From the NCBI GenBank assembly GCA_000621185.1, contig KK211223.1, positions 1 through 64,000 of the forward strand: a DNA stretch of 64,000 nt. The letters are read 5' to 3'. The notes under the pieces were generated by a model. That model saw only the letters and a list, made by a program, of their open reading frames with translations. It searched no databases and was not told the origin of the DNA. The stretch is from Franconibacter pulveris DSM 19144 (GTDB lineage: Bacteria > Pseudomonadota > Gammaproteobacteria > Enterobacterales > Enterobacteriaceae). This document shows, piece by piece, positions 11,601 through 19,948 of this stretch (the stretch's first letter is position 1; the number at the start of each line of letters is the position of its first letter). The translations under genes and the position numbers were made by a program.

Positions 11601-12371
11601 GAGGCGCAGCGCCTGTTTAAAGACGCCAACGATATGCTCGACATGCTGAGCGCGAAGAAATCGTTGAACCCGCGCGGCGTGGTGGGGCTCTTTCCGGCTA
11701 ACCGCGTGCTGGACGACGTTGAAATCTACCGCGACGAAACGCGCACCCATGTGCTGGCGGTCAGCCATCATCTGCGCCAGCAGACAGAAAAAGTGGGCTT
11801 CGCCAACTACTGCCTCGCTGATTTCGTCGCGCCTAAACGCAGCGGCAAAGCGGACTACATCGGCGCTTTCGCCGTGACCGGCGGGCTTGAGGAAGACGCG
11901 CTGGCCGAAGCCTATGACGTGCAGCATGACGATTACAACAAAATCATGGTGAAAGCGGTGGCGGACCGCCTGGCGGAAGCGTTCGCCGAATACCTGCACG
12001 AGCGCGTGCGTAAAGTCTACTGGGGCTATGCGCCGAATGAGAACCTCAGCAACGAGGAGCTTATCCGCGAAAACTACCAGGGCATCCGTCCGGCGCCCGG
12101 CTATCCGGCCTGCCCGGATCACACCGAAAAAGCGACTATCTGGGCGCTACTGGATGTGGAAACCCACATCGGCATGAAGCTGACCGAGTCCTACGCCATG
12201 TGGCCGGGGGCGTCGGTTTCCGGCTGGTACTTCAGCCACCCGGACAGCAAGTACTTCGCCGTCGCGCAAATCCAGCGCGATCAGGTGGAAGATTACGCCC
12301 AGCGTAAAGGAATGAGCGCCACGGAAGTGGAACGTTGGCTTGCGCCTAACCTCGGGTACGATGCGGATTAA
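8688..12371 (+). CDS. metH: Cobalamin-dependent methionine synthase
   Basis: ~1227 aa, >90% identical to E. coli MetH along its whole length. The most likely start is GTG 8688 (MSSKVEKL, GGGAG RBS 7 nt upstream); the tool start at 8682 is an alternative. Confidence 0.95.
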   Translation: MSSKVEKLRQQLAERILVLDGGMGTMIQSYRLEEQDYRGERFADWPCDLKGNNDLLVLTKPETIAAIHYAYFEAGADIVETNTFNSTTIAMADYQMEALSAEINFAAAKLARACADEWTARTPEKPRYVAGVLGPTNRTASISPDVNDPAYRNVTFDQLVEAYRESTRALVEGGSDLILIETVFDTLNAKAAIFAVKAEFDALGVELPVMISGTITDASGRTLSGQTTEAFYNSLRHADALSFGLNCALGPDELRQYVAELSRIAECYVTAHPNAGLPNAFGEYDLDADVMAGQIREWAESGFLNIVGGCCGTTPAHIAAMSRAVEGLPPRKLPEIPVACRLAGLEPLNIGDDSLFVNVGERTNVTGSAKFKRLIKEEKYSEALDVARQQVENGAQIIDINMDEGMLDAEAAMVRFLNLIAGEPDIARVPIMIDSSKWEVIEKGLKCIQGKGIVNSISMKEGVETFIHHAKLVRRYGAAVVVMAFDEVGQADTRARKIEICRRAYQILTEEVGFPPEDIIFDPNIFAVATGIEEHNNYAQDFIGACEDIKRELPHALISGGVSNVSFSFRGNDPVREAIHAVFLYYAIRNGMDMGIVNAGQLAIYDDLPAELRDAVEDVILNRRADGTERLLDLAEKYRGSKSDAAADPQQAEWRSWDVKKRLEYSLVKGITEFIEQDTEEARQQAARPIEVIEGPLMDGMNVVGDLFGEGKMFLPQVVKSARVMKQAVAYLEPYIQASKEVGKSNGKIVLATVKGDVHDIGKNIVGVVLQCNNYEIIDLGVMVPMDKILKTAREEKADIIGLSGLITPSLDEMVNVAKEMERQGFTLPLLIGGATTSKAHTAVKIEQNYSGPTVYVQNASRTVGVVSSLLSDTLRDSFVERTRKEYETVRIQHGRKKPRTPPVTLAAARENDLAFDWESYTPPVAHRLGVQEVTASIETLRNYIDWTPFFMTWSLAGKYPRILEDDVVGVEAQRLFKDANDMLDMLSAKKSLNPRGVVGLFPANRVLDDVEIYRDETRTHVLAVSHHLRQQTEKVGFANYCLADFVAPKRSGKADYIGAFAVTGGLEEDALAEAYDVQHDDYNKIMVKAVADRLAEAFAEYLHERVRKVYWGYAPNENLSNEELIRENYQGIRPAPGYPACPDHTEKATIWALLDVETHIGMKLTESYAMWPGASVSGWYFSHPDSKYFAVAQIQRDQVEDYAQRKGMSATEVERWLAPNLGYDAD

Positions 12372-12377
12372 CTTTAG

Positions 12378-12408
12378 TAAGCGCCAGAGCTACATGACTG
12401 GCGCTTCT
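12378..12408 (+). terminator. metH terminator
   Basis: GTAAGCGCCAG-AGCTACATGA-CTGGCGCTTCTTA hairpin. Confidence 0.55.
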
Positions 12409-12752
12409 TATCGATAATCGAACGCGTACTGCATGGTGCAAGAAACCTGGCTGCATTTTTCTACTCGTAAAATGTAGACCGTCATAAATTTGTCATTTTT
12501 CCGCCCGCCGACGCGCCTTTACGGCTATCCCGTCCGCCTTCCTGTGAATTAAGCTCTTATACTCATTAAACGGTTTAAGCTAACGCCCTCGCGGTTGCGT
12601 ACCTGCTTCGCAGGATAGGTAAGCGTTGCGCCCCAACCCTGAGCGCGAAGGGTCGTTGCGCTTATCCGTCTTACCTGTTTGCCTTTGCCGCAAGGGAAAG
12701 GTTTCATTGCAAAATCGGTATCAAAGGAAAACAACAACCATAAGGAGAAGCC

Positions 12753-14381
12753 GTGTTAACGCTGTTACACCTGCTGTCTGCGGTGGCGCTGCTGGTATGG
12801 GGCACCCACATTGTGCGTACCGGCGTAATGCGCGTCTTTGGCGCGCGGTTAAGAACCGTGCTCAGCCGCAGCGTGGAGAAAAAACCGCTCGCCTTTTGCG
12901 CGGGCATTGGCGTGACTGCGCTGGTGCAGAGCAGCAACGCCACCACGATGTTAGTCACCTCGTTTGTCGCGCAGGATCTGGTGGCGCTCACGCCTGCGCT
13001 GGTCATTGTGCTGGGGGCCGATGTCGGTACGGCGCTGATGGCGCGCGTGCTGACCTTCGACCTTTCCTGGCTCTCGCCGCTGCTGATTTTCGTCGGCGTC
13101 ATTTTCTTCTTAAGCCGCAAGCAAACCCGGGCGGGTCAGCTTGGTCGCGTCGCCATCGGCCTTGGGCTTATTCTGCAGGCGCTGGAGCTTATCGTGCAGG
13201 CGGTCACGCCGATTACCGAAGCTTCGGGCGTGAAGGTGATTTTCGCCTCGCTGACGGGCGATATCATGCTCGATGCGCTGATAGGCGCCGTGTTCGCTAT
13301 CATCAGCTATTCAAGCCTTGCCGCCGTGTTGTTGACCGCCACGCTGACGGCGACCGGCGTTATCTCTTTTGACGTGGCGCTCTGTCTGGTGATTGGCGCC
13401 AACCTCGGCTCCGGCCTGCTTGCTATGCTCAACAACAGCGCCGCGAACGCCGCCGCCCGGCGTGTGGCGCTTGGCAGCCTGATGTTCAAGCTTGTGGGCA
13501 GCCTCATTGTGCTGCCGTTCGTTCACCTTCTGGCGAATGGGCTGCATAAATTGCCGCTGCCGGAGTCCGAACTGGTTATCTATTTTCACGTTTTTTATAA
13601 CCTCATCCGCTGCCTGGCGATGGTGCCTTTCGCCAGAATGATGGCGCGCTTTTGCCGCCGGATGATCAAAGACGACCCGCAGACCGACGCGCGGCTGAAG
13701 CCGCGCCACCTGGACACCAGCGCGCTCGACACCCCGGCGCTGGGCCTTGCCAATGCGGCGCGGGAGACGCTGCGCATGGGCGACGCGCTGGAGCATATGC
13801 TGGAGCTGTACGGCAAAGTCATGCACGGCGAACCGCGCCAGGAGAAAGAGCTGCGCAAGGTGGCCGACGATGTGGATGTGCTCTACACCGCCATCAAGCT
13901 CTATCTGGCGCGCATGCCGAAAGAGGATTTGCCGGAAGCGGAGGCGAAACGCTGGGCGGAGATTATTGAGATGTCGCTGAACCTCGATCAGGCGGCGGAC
14001 ATTCTTGAGCGCATGGGCAGCGAAGTGGCGGATAAATCGCTGGCCGCGCGGCGCGCGTTTTCGCCGGAAGGCATTAAGGAGCTGGATACGCTGCTTAACC
14101 AGCTTACCGCCAACCTGAAGCTCAGCATGTCGGTCTTTTTCTCCGGCGACGTGCCGAGCGCGCGCCGTCTGCGCCGCTATAAACACCGCTTTCGCATTCT
14201 CAACCGGCGCTACTCTCATGCGCACGTTGACAGGCTGCATCAGCAGAATGTGCAGAGCATTGAAACCAGCTCGTTACACCTGAGCCTGCTTGGCGACATG
14301 AAGCGGCTGAACTCGTTGTTCTGCGCGGTGGCCTACAGCGTGCTGGAGCAGCCGGACGACGATGAGGAGCGAGCGGAGTAA
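12753..14381 (+). CDS. yjbB: Na+/phosphate symporter-family protein YjbB (542 aa)
   Basis: GTG start. Polytopic membrane N-terminal half plus a PhoU-like C-terminal half. Synteny after metH. Confidence 0.85.
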   Translation: MLTLLHLLSAVALLVWGTHIVRTGVMRVFGARLRTVLSRSVEKKPLAFCAGIGVTALVQSSNATTMLVTSFVAQDLVALTPALVIVLGADVGTALMARVLTFDLSWLSPLLIFVGVIFFLSRKQTRAGQLGRVAIGLGLILQALELIVQAVTPITEASGVKVIFASLTGDIMLDALIGAVFAIISYSSLAAVLLTATLTATGVISFDVALCLVIGANLGSGLLAMLNNSAANAAARRVALGSLMFKLVGSLIVLPFVHLLANGLHKLPLPESELVIYFHVFYNLIRCLAMVPFARMMARFCRRMIKDDPQTDARLKPRHLDTSALDTPALGLANAARETLRMGDALEHMLELYGKVMHGEPRQEKELRKVADDVDVLYTAIKLYLARMPKEDLPEAEAKRWAEIIEMSLNLDQAADILERMGSEVADKSLAARRAFSPEGIKELDTLLNQLTANLKLSMSVFFSGDVPSARRLRRYKHRFRILNRRYSHAHVDRLHQQNVQSIETSSLHLSLLGDMKRLNSLFCAVAYSVLEQPDDDEERAE

Positions 14382-14409
14382 CGCATTAACGTTTGATGGT
14401 TAACCCGAG

Positions 14410-14460
14410 ACCCAACGCTTTCATCACCGCCAGGGTGGTTTTAAGCGTTGGGTTTCCTTT
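14410..14460 (+). terminator. yjbB terminator (long hairpin)
   Basis: ACCCAACGCTT...AAGCGTTGGGT 11-bp stem followed by a T-rich tract. Confidence 0.45.
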
Positions 14461-14649
14461 ATCGCGAAAAGAGCGGCATCGCTGCTTTCAGCATTGCAGC
14501 GAAAGCACGATTTACCGGGAAGCAACTCGCAAAGCGCGCACCGGCTTCGTGACAATACGGCCTTCAAACTCTATTTTCTGATACAGCGCGAAACCTGAAG
14601 CACCGGGAAAGGGAAAAACCGTGCAGTATCGCAGATCAAAGGAGGCATC

Positions 14650-14886
14650 ATGCGCACCAGAGTTCCGTTTATCACTGCTGCCAGCAGTCCGCTGGAAATA
14701 AAAATGATAAGCCACGCCAGAAGGCAAGAAAGTGAATTCTCCGTCATGTCCGACGGTATAAGCCAGCAAGAAAACTGTCAGCATCATATCGAAGCAGAGC
14801 TTCGGGAGTATCAGCAGACCTTCGAAGCCATTAACCACTTTATTGAGGAGCATGGCGCGTTTAGTGATTTTCATCGGTCGTTCTGA
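14650..14886 (+). CDS. ccdA: CcdA-like antitoxin (78 aa)
   Basis: AAAGGAGG RBS. The C-terminus ..EYQQTFEAINHFIEEHGAFSDFHRSF aligns with F-plasmid CcdA ..EGMAEVARFIEMNGSFADENRDW. The stop overlaps the ccdB ATG (TGATG). Confidence 0.7.
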   Translation: MRTRVPFITAASSPLEIKMISHARRQESEFSVMSDGISQQENCQHHIEAELREYQQTFEAINHFIEEHGAFSDFHRSF

Positions 14887-15203
14887 TGGAACAGTTTCGG
14901 GTATATCAGAACAAAGGGGCAGGCAAGCATGCTTACCCCTATTTTATTAATATCCAGCACCCTGTCGCGAATACGCTTCGGCATGTTCTGGTTGTGCCAG
15001 TAGTCGACAGCAGGCTTTTGCCCGCTAAGCCCTTGTCGGCAAAAATTTGTCCGGTGGTTGAGATTGCAGGGCCCGCTTATGTGGCGATGACGCCCATGAT
15101 GGCGGGAGTGCCAACGAAAGAAGTCGGCGGCGAAGTTGCTGACTTTACGCACTATCGACAGCCATTACGCGATGCAGTCGATTTTTTGCTTAATGGCTAC
15201 TAA
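14886..15203 (+). CDS. ccdB: CcdB-like gyrase-poison toxin (105 aa)
   Basis: MEQFRVYQNK...VVPVVDSRLL...CPVVEIAGPAYVAMTPMMAGVP..GGEVADFTHY.. aligns along its length with F CcdB (MQFKVYTYK...VIPLASARLL...[32 protein letters not shown]..). Confidence 0.8.
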   Translation: MEQFRVYQNKGAGKHAYPYFINIQHPVANTLRHVLVVPVVDSRLLPAKPLSAKICPVVEIAGPAYVAMTPMMAGVPTKEVGGEVADFTHYRQPLRDAVDFLLNGY

Positions 15204-15220
15204 TCCGTAGCCATTTTTTA
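15195..15220 (+). terminator. ccdAB terminator
   Basis: GGCTAC-TAATCC-GTAGCC hairpin followed by ATTTTTTA. Confidence 0.5.
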
Positions 15221-15251
15221 GCGACCCCGCAGCATGCGAATGCAAAGGTCA

Positions 15252-15524
15252 TCACCTTCGTCCGCGCGCAGGCGTGCTGGCGGACCAGGAGAAGGTGGAT
15301 TCGCTGTCGGGCTTGTAAGCCTGCTGCTTCTTCAGCTTACGCGCCTGTTTCGCCGCCAGCTCCCGCTGCGCCATCAGTTTATCGATGTACTCTTTCTTAA
15401 CGTGATTCGCTTCGGAATTGGTCAGCGGGCGGCCATGGGCGATACGGGCGCGGTCGAGCAGCGTTTTTAATTCGCGCTGTTCGCTTTCGGTCATCTCTTT
15501 CTGGGTCAGTCTGGCGGTGGACAT
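15252..15524 (-). CDS. yjbD: DUF3811-family protein YjbD (90 aa)
   Basis: MSTARLTQKEMTESEQRELKTLLDRARIAHGRPLTNSE... matches remembered E. coli YjbD. Confidence 0.75.
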   Translation of the reverse strand: MSTARLTQKEMTESEQRELKTLLDRARIAHGRPLTNSEANHVKKEYIDKLMAQRELAAKQARKLKKQQAYKPDSESTFSWSASTPARGRR

Positions 15525-15589
15525 AATGGCTACCTCTCAGGGAAAGTCAGTCCAGTGTACGTGATAGCGGCGAAGAACACAGGGTAAGC

Positions 15590-15625
15590 CTGCTGAAATA
15601 AAAATGCCGGGCAGCCCCGGCATTT
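15590..15625 (-). terminator. Terminator of the BASS transporter gene
   Basis: ATGCCGGGCAGCCCCGGCAT hairpin with a T-run on the minus strand. Confidence 0.5.
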
Positions 15626-15629
15626 CACA

Positions 15630-16571
15630 TTAACTCTCCCGCACGGTTTCCCGCTTGCGTTTATCGACGGGCTTCCCGGACCAGTAACCCGCCAGCAGCG
15701 AGCCGGAAAGGTTATGCCACACCGAGAAGAGCGCGCCGGGCAGGGCGGCCAGCGGCGAGAAGTAGATTTTGCCAAGCGCGGCGGCAAGCCCTGAGTTCTG
15801 CATGCCCACCTCGATGGCCAGCGTGCGACAGGTCGACTCGTCAAAGCCGAACAGCCTTCCGCCCCAGTAGCCGCCAAGCAAACCAATGCTGTTATGCAGG
15901 ATCACCGCCACAATCACCATCAGGCCTACCGAGGCGATATGCGAAGCGGAGCCCGCCACCACGGCGCTGATGATAGCCAGAATACAGACCATCGAAAACG
16001 CGGGCAGATAAGGCTCTACCGCTTTCACCAGACGCGGGAAGAGATGGTGCACAATCAGCCCCAGCGCAATCGGGATAACGACGATTTGCAGAATGCTCAG
16101 CAGCATGCCCATCACGTCCACCTGAATATGCGCGTCGACGTAAAGGCGCGTCAGCAGCGGCGTGGCGAAAACGCCCACCAGCGTAGAGACGGAGGAGATG
16201 GTCACCGACAGCGCCACGTCGCCCTTCGCCAGATAGATCATCACGTTGGACGCGGTGCCGCTCGCCACGCTTCCCACCAGCACCATCCCGGCGGAAAGAT
16301 CCGGCGGCATATGAAACAGCATCGCCAGCAGCCAGGCGGCCAGCGGCATTACCAGATAATGCAGAAAAATGCCTGCCGCCACCGGCGCGGGGCGGGAGAG
16401 CACGCGTTTGAAATCATCAAGCTTCAGGTGCACGCCCATGCCGAACATGATGAGCATTAATAGCGTGCTGACCCAGGGCCCAACGGGCGTGAAGGTGGAA
16501 GGGGTGTAATAAGCCAAAACCGAGAGCAGCAGCGCCCAGAGCGGGAACAGCCGCGTGAATGTTGCGAGCAT
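15630..16571 (-). CDS. Bile acid:sodium symporter (BASS)-family transporter (313 aa)
   Basis: Polytopic membrane protein with BASS-like repeats (..[12 protein letters not shown]..). Not at this position in E. coli K-12. Confidence 0.8.
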   Translation of the reverse strand: MLATFTRLFPLWALLLSVLAYYTPSTFTPVGPWVSTLLMLIMFGMGVHLKLDDFKRVLSRPAPVAAGIFLHYLVMPLAAWLLAMLFHMPPDLSAGMVLVGSVASGTASNVMIYLAKGDVALSVTISSVSTLVGVFATPLLTRLYVDAHIQVDVMGMLLSILQIVVIPIALGLIVHHLFPRLVKAVEPYLPAFSMVCILAIISAVVAGSASHIASVGLMVIVAVILHNSIGLLGGYWGGRLFGFDESTCRTLAIEVGMQNSGLAAALGKIYFSPLAALPGALFSVWHNLSGSLLAGYWSGKPVDKRKRETVRES

Positions 16572-16650
16572 GATGATTCTTTTCCTTGCAGGTTGCGTCG
16601 TTGTGTTTCCCCTGCCGCTGTGAGCGCGGCGTTGCGTTATCGCTATGCGG

Positions 16651-16680
16651 GGATAAAAAAGCCGGGAGCGGGCCCGGCCA
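16651..16680 (-). terminator. rtcR terminator
   Basis: GCCGGG-AGCGG-GCCCGGC hairpin followed on the minus strand by T6. Confidence 0.5.
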
Positions 16681-16737
16681 TAACTATTGTGTATCGTGCG
16701 AAGAAAAGTTATTCAAACAAATTATGATGAAATGCGC

Positions 16738-18327
16738 TCATCCTGCGCCGCGCACACTCTCCCAACTAAGCCCGAACCTCGCCAAGTATTTACGCAGGCG
16801 GTCGGCGTCGTTGGGGTTGCTTTTCTTCTGTCGTGAGACGGCGAAAAGCGCCCGTCCGGCTTCAGAGAGCGTACTGCAACGGCGACAGACGGCGATGACC
16901 GCCGCCAGCTGGTCTTGGTCGAAGAGGTCGAGGGTCGCCGGGTCGACGGGCAGCGCAACGGCGCCGTGCGCAGGCCGCCAGCTTTGTTGCAGCCGCAGAA
17001 TCTCTTCTTCCACCAACGCCTCTGTAATGCGCCCCTGGTCCGCCAGCGTCGCCATGCGCGCAACCGATGCGCCAAGCTCGCGAAAATTGCCCGGCCAGCG
17101 CGCCTGCGGCGAGCAGGCGAAGAGGAGATACCGCTCGCGCGCTGTCTTATCGAAGCGGATTTGCGTTTGCTGCTCCGCGCAGAAGCGCTGCAACTCATAT
17201 TCCACGTTAGGCGCAATATCCTCGCGCCGTTCGGCAAGGCCCGGCAGCGCAAAGGCCCACATGTTGATGCGGGCATAAAGATCTTCACGAAAGCGGCCTT
17301 CGGCGACCCACTGCGTCATGTCGCGATGCGTGCCGGCGATAAGCTGGAAATCGCTGTGCACTTCTTTATCCGAACCAAACGGGAAGAACGTTTTCTCTTC
17401 AATCGCCTTCAGCAACATCGCCTGCTCGTCCAGCCCCAGCTCGGCTATCTCATCGAGAAACAGCACGCCGCCGTCCGCTTCCCGAAGCAGGCCCGCCCGC
17501 GCCTGCTGCGCGCCGGTAAACGCCCCTTTGACATGGCCGAACAGGGTCGACATGGCGTTATCGCCGCGCAGCGTCGCGCAGTTTACCGACACCAGCCGTC
17601 CCTGCACGAGATGACGCGCCTGGCGCAGCTGGAAAATACGTTTCGCGAGAAAGGATTTGCCCGCGCCGGTAGGGCCGGTAAGCAGAATGGGCGCGGTGGA
17701 GCGCAGCGCCACGCGCTCTATCTGGTCAATCAGGCGGTTAAAGGTGGCGTTGCGGGTGTCGATGCCCGCCTTCAGAAACGAGACCGACTGTTGCTGCTCG
17801 CGCTGAAAACGGCTGGTGAGCGTCGCGTAGCGGCTTAAATCGAGGTCGATAACCGAGCAGGTGCCGGCGGCTTTCTCCATGTCCGTAGCCTCGCCCCTGG
17901 CCGGGCTGGTTTGCAGCAGGCTGGCGGGAAGGTAACGCGCTTCCGTCAGCAGGAACCAGCAGATCTGCGCCACATGCGTGCCGGTGGTGATATGCACCAG
18001 GTACTCTTCGTTTTCGGTGTCGAAAGGGTAGTGCGTGGCGAAGTCGAGAAAGGCGGCGTAAACCTCTTCAAAATCCCACGGGTCAAGAATCGTTACAGGG
18101 TGGCGGCGTACCTGCGTCTGCGGCGAAACGACAGCGATGTCTTCGCTAAGCTGCTCCGCCATGCCTTTATCCCGCGGCTGGTGCAGCAACTCCAGCCGGT
18201 CGACGGGAAAACCGGGCTGCTGGCAAAGACCGACGGTGGGCCGCCATTTCTTCCAGCGGTTCTCCCGCTTGCCGCGCTTGTCCAGCACCGTACCCAACAC
18301 GCCAATCACTACCCGCCGCTTTTGCAT
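16738..18327 (-). CDS. rtcR: Sigma54-dependent regulator RtcR (CARF-AAA+-HTH, 529 aa)
   Basis: ~60% identity along its length to remembered E. coli RtcR. It has the GAFTGA motif (GHVKGAFTGAQ), a Walker A motif (GPTGAGKS), and the C-terminus DADRLRKYLARFGLSWE. Confidence 0.9.
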   Translation of the reverse strand: MQKRRVVIGVLGTVLDKRGKRENRWKKWRPTVGLCQQPGFPVDRLELLHQPRDKGMAEQLSEDIAVVSPQTQVRRHPVTILDPWDFEEVYAAFLDFATHYPFDTENEEYLVHITTGTHVAQICWFLLTEARYLPASLLQTSPARGEATDMEKAAGTCSVIDLDLSRYATLTSRFQREQQQSVSFLKAGIDTRNATFNRLIDQIERVALRSTAPILLTGPTGAGKSFLAKRIFQLRQARHLVQGRLVSVNCATLRGDNAMSTLFGHVKGAFTGAQQARAGLLREADGGVLFLDEIAELGLDEQAMLLKAIEEKTFFPFGSDKEVHSDFQLIAGTHRDMTQWVAEGRFREDLYARINMWAFALPGLAERREDIAPNVEYELQRFCAEQQTQIRFDKTARERYLLFACSPQARWPGNFRELGASVARMATLADQGRITEALVEEEILRLQQSWRPAHGAVALPVDPATLDLFDQDQLAAVIAVCRRCSTLSEAGRALFAVSRQKKSNPNDADRLRKYLARFGLSWESVRGAG

Positions 18328-18461
18328 GTTTATACCTATATATAAAACAATATAAATAATTATAAATTATTGATCGTCATGATAATACCTGAATGGCGGT
18401 CTCTGCTTTTTTATTTTTACTTTTCAATTAATTATTTTTTTATTCGCCCCTTAACTGAAAC

Positions 18462-18477
18462 TGGCACACTTCTGGCA
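18462..18477 (+). promoter_or_regulatory. Sigma54 (-24/-12) promoter of the rtc operon: TGGCACacttcTGGCA
   Basis: GG and GC elements spaced exactly as in TGGCAC-N5-TTGC. It is divergent from rtcR and preceded by a ~110-bp AT-rich UAS/IHF-like tract (18330–18440). Confidence 0.6.
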
Positions 18478-18481
18478 ATAC

Positions 18482-18802
18482 CTGTTATGTCAGCACACTG
18501 GGAGTCGCAGGGGATATGAGCCCCGCCGGCGCACCGGGAGCGGTAATACGTTTTCCAGGGGGCGTTCCGCCAGTGGAAAGACATGGGCGAAAAGTCGGTT
18601 TTATCAGGTTCGATTCCTGATTCGTCACCTCTTCTCCAGAGAGCTATGCAAGCAGTACCCGGTGGTCGGCTGTGATGACCACCCCGAGCGGGCGCCGGTA
18701 ACGACGCCGGGCCGCAGGCAAAACGCGCAGGCAGTCATGGCCCGTTTCCCTGCGGCTCCGTGTCCGCACTCGCGCCGGCAAGTGAAAAACAGGGAGATAA
18801 AA
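18482..18802 (+). ncRNA. Long structured untranslated leader and candidate ncRNA, with a tRNA T-arm-like hairpin at 18604–18620
   Basis: ~320 nt separate the sigma54 promoter from the first ATG with no credible ORF. It is GC-rich and contains hairpins (GGTGGTC-N9-GACCACC at 18661–18683) and a TCAGG-TTCGATT-CCTGA hairpin followed by TTCGTCACC. Confidence 0.3.
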
Positions 18803-19948
18803 ATGAATAACAAAATCACGATTCGAAAAGGCCAGTTGGGTTTACTGGCAAAACAGGGCGACTTTTATCAGGTGCTGGAGGCGGGCGAACATCGCCTGCC
18901 GTGGTTTAACAAACCGGACGTGACCGTGGTGGATGTAAACGGCGACGACGTGGCGCCGGAACTTGCCGATTATCTGCGCCGCTTTCAGCCGGAATGGGTA
19001 GAAAAATATTGCCTGTCTGTCGATACCGCCGAACAGGAAACGGCGGCGCTTTACCGCAACGGCGTACTGCTGGAAATCATCCCGCCGGGCGCGCGTCGGC
19101 TGTTCTGGCGCGATGGCGACAGCCTGCAGGTAAAACGCATGAGCACGCAGGATGTGCACGTGCCCATTGATGTCATGAATGCGGTATTGCAGCCGCGCGG
19201 TCGCAACGAGGCGGTGAAAGGCCGCGAGGCGATCCTGACGGTGCAGGTGCCCGCCTGGCATGTCGGCGTGTTGAAAATTGACGGCGAGACGCAGGCGCTG
19301 CTGCCGCCAGGCTTAAGCGCATACTGGAAAATCAACCACCTCGTGGAGGCGGAAGTGGTGGATACGCGCCTGCAGGCGCTGGAGGTATCGGGCCAGGAGA
19401 TCCTGACCAAAGATAAAGTGAATCTGCGCATCAACCTCGGCGCGAACTGGCGTTATCTCGATGTTCTGCAGGCGTACAGCCAGCTGGCGAAGCCGCTGGA
19501 TTACCTTTATCGCGAGTTGCAGTTTGCGCTTCGCGAAGCGGTAGGGACGCGCACGCTGGATGAGCTGCTGGAGAACAAGCAGGTCATCGACGACGTGGTG
19601 AGCGCGCAGGTGATTGCCCGTATGGCGCCGTTTGGCATTGAGGTCGCGTCAACAGGCGTGAAAGACATCGTGTTGCCCGGCGATATGAAAACCATTCTGT
19701 CGCGGCTGGTGGAGGCGGAAAAATCCGCGCAGGCGAATGTTATCCGCCGGCGCGAAGAGACCGCGGCGACGCGTTCGTTACTGAACACCGCCAAAGTGAT
19801 GGAAAACAACCCGGTGGCGCTGCGCTTAAAAGAGCTGGAGACACTGGAAAGGGTGGCGGAGCGCATCGATAAAATCTCGGTGTTTGGCGGTCTGGACCAG
19901 GTATTGCACGGTCTTGTAAACATTAAAGGAAAGATAAATGCAGCATAA
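18803..19948 (+). CDS. SPFH/band-7 (slipin-like) domain protein without an N-terminal TM segment (381 aa)
   Basis: AGGGAGA RBS. SPFH core (..KDKVNLRINLGANWRY..TRTLDELLENKQVIDDVVSAQVIARMAPFGIEVASTGVKDIVLPGDM..) followed by a coiled-coil tail. Its stop overlaps the rtcB start by 11 nt. Confidence 0.85.
   Translation: MNNKITIRKGQLGLLAKQGDFYQVLEAGEHRLPWFNKPDVTVVDVNGDDVAPELADYLRRFQPEWVEKYCLSVDTAEQETAALYRNGVLLEIIPPGARRLFWRDGDSLQVKRMSTQDVHVPIDVMNAVLQPRGRNEAVKGREAILTVQVPAWHVGVLKIDGETQALLPPGLSAYWKINHLVEAEVVDTRLQALEVSGQEILTKDKVNLRINLGANWRYLDVLQAYSQLAKPLDYLYRELQFALREAVGTRTLDELLENKQVIDDVVSAQVIARMAPFGIEVASTGVKDIVLPGDMKTILSRLVEAEKSAQANVIRRREETAATRSLLNTAKVMENNPVALRLKELETLERVAERIDKISVFGGLDQVLHGLVNIKGKINAA

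Noticed and set aside
9216-12122. 968-aa ORF antisense to metH
   Set aside because: A stop-free reverse frame of a highly conserved gene. Composition is skewed toward Arg/Ala/Gly/Val, as expected for the antisense of GC-rich genes.
13311-14240. 309-aa ORF antisense to yjbB, and other internal ORFs 12626–13372 and 13652–13980
   Set aside because: They sit inside yjbB in wrong frames or strands.
18590-18630. Possible complete tRNA gene at the T-arm-like motif
   Set aside because: No D-arm or anticodon arm can be built in the ~50 nt upstream and there is no CCA. Only a T-arm plus acceptor-like fragment is present, so it is reported as a motif within the leader and not as a tRNA gene.
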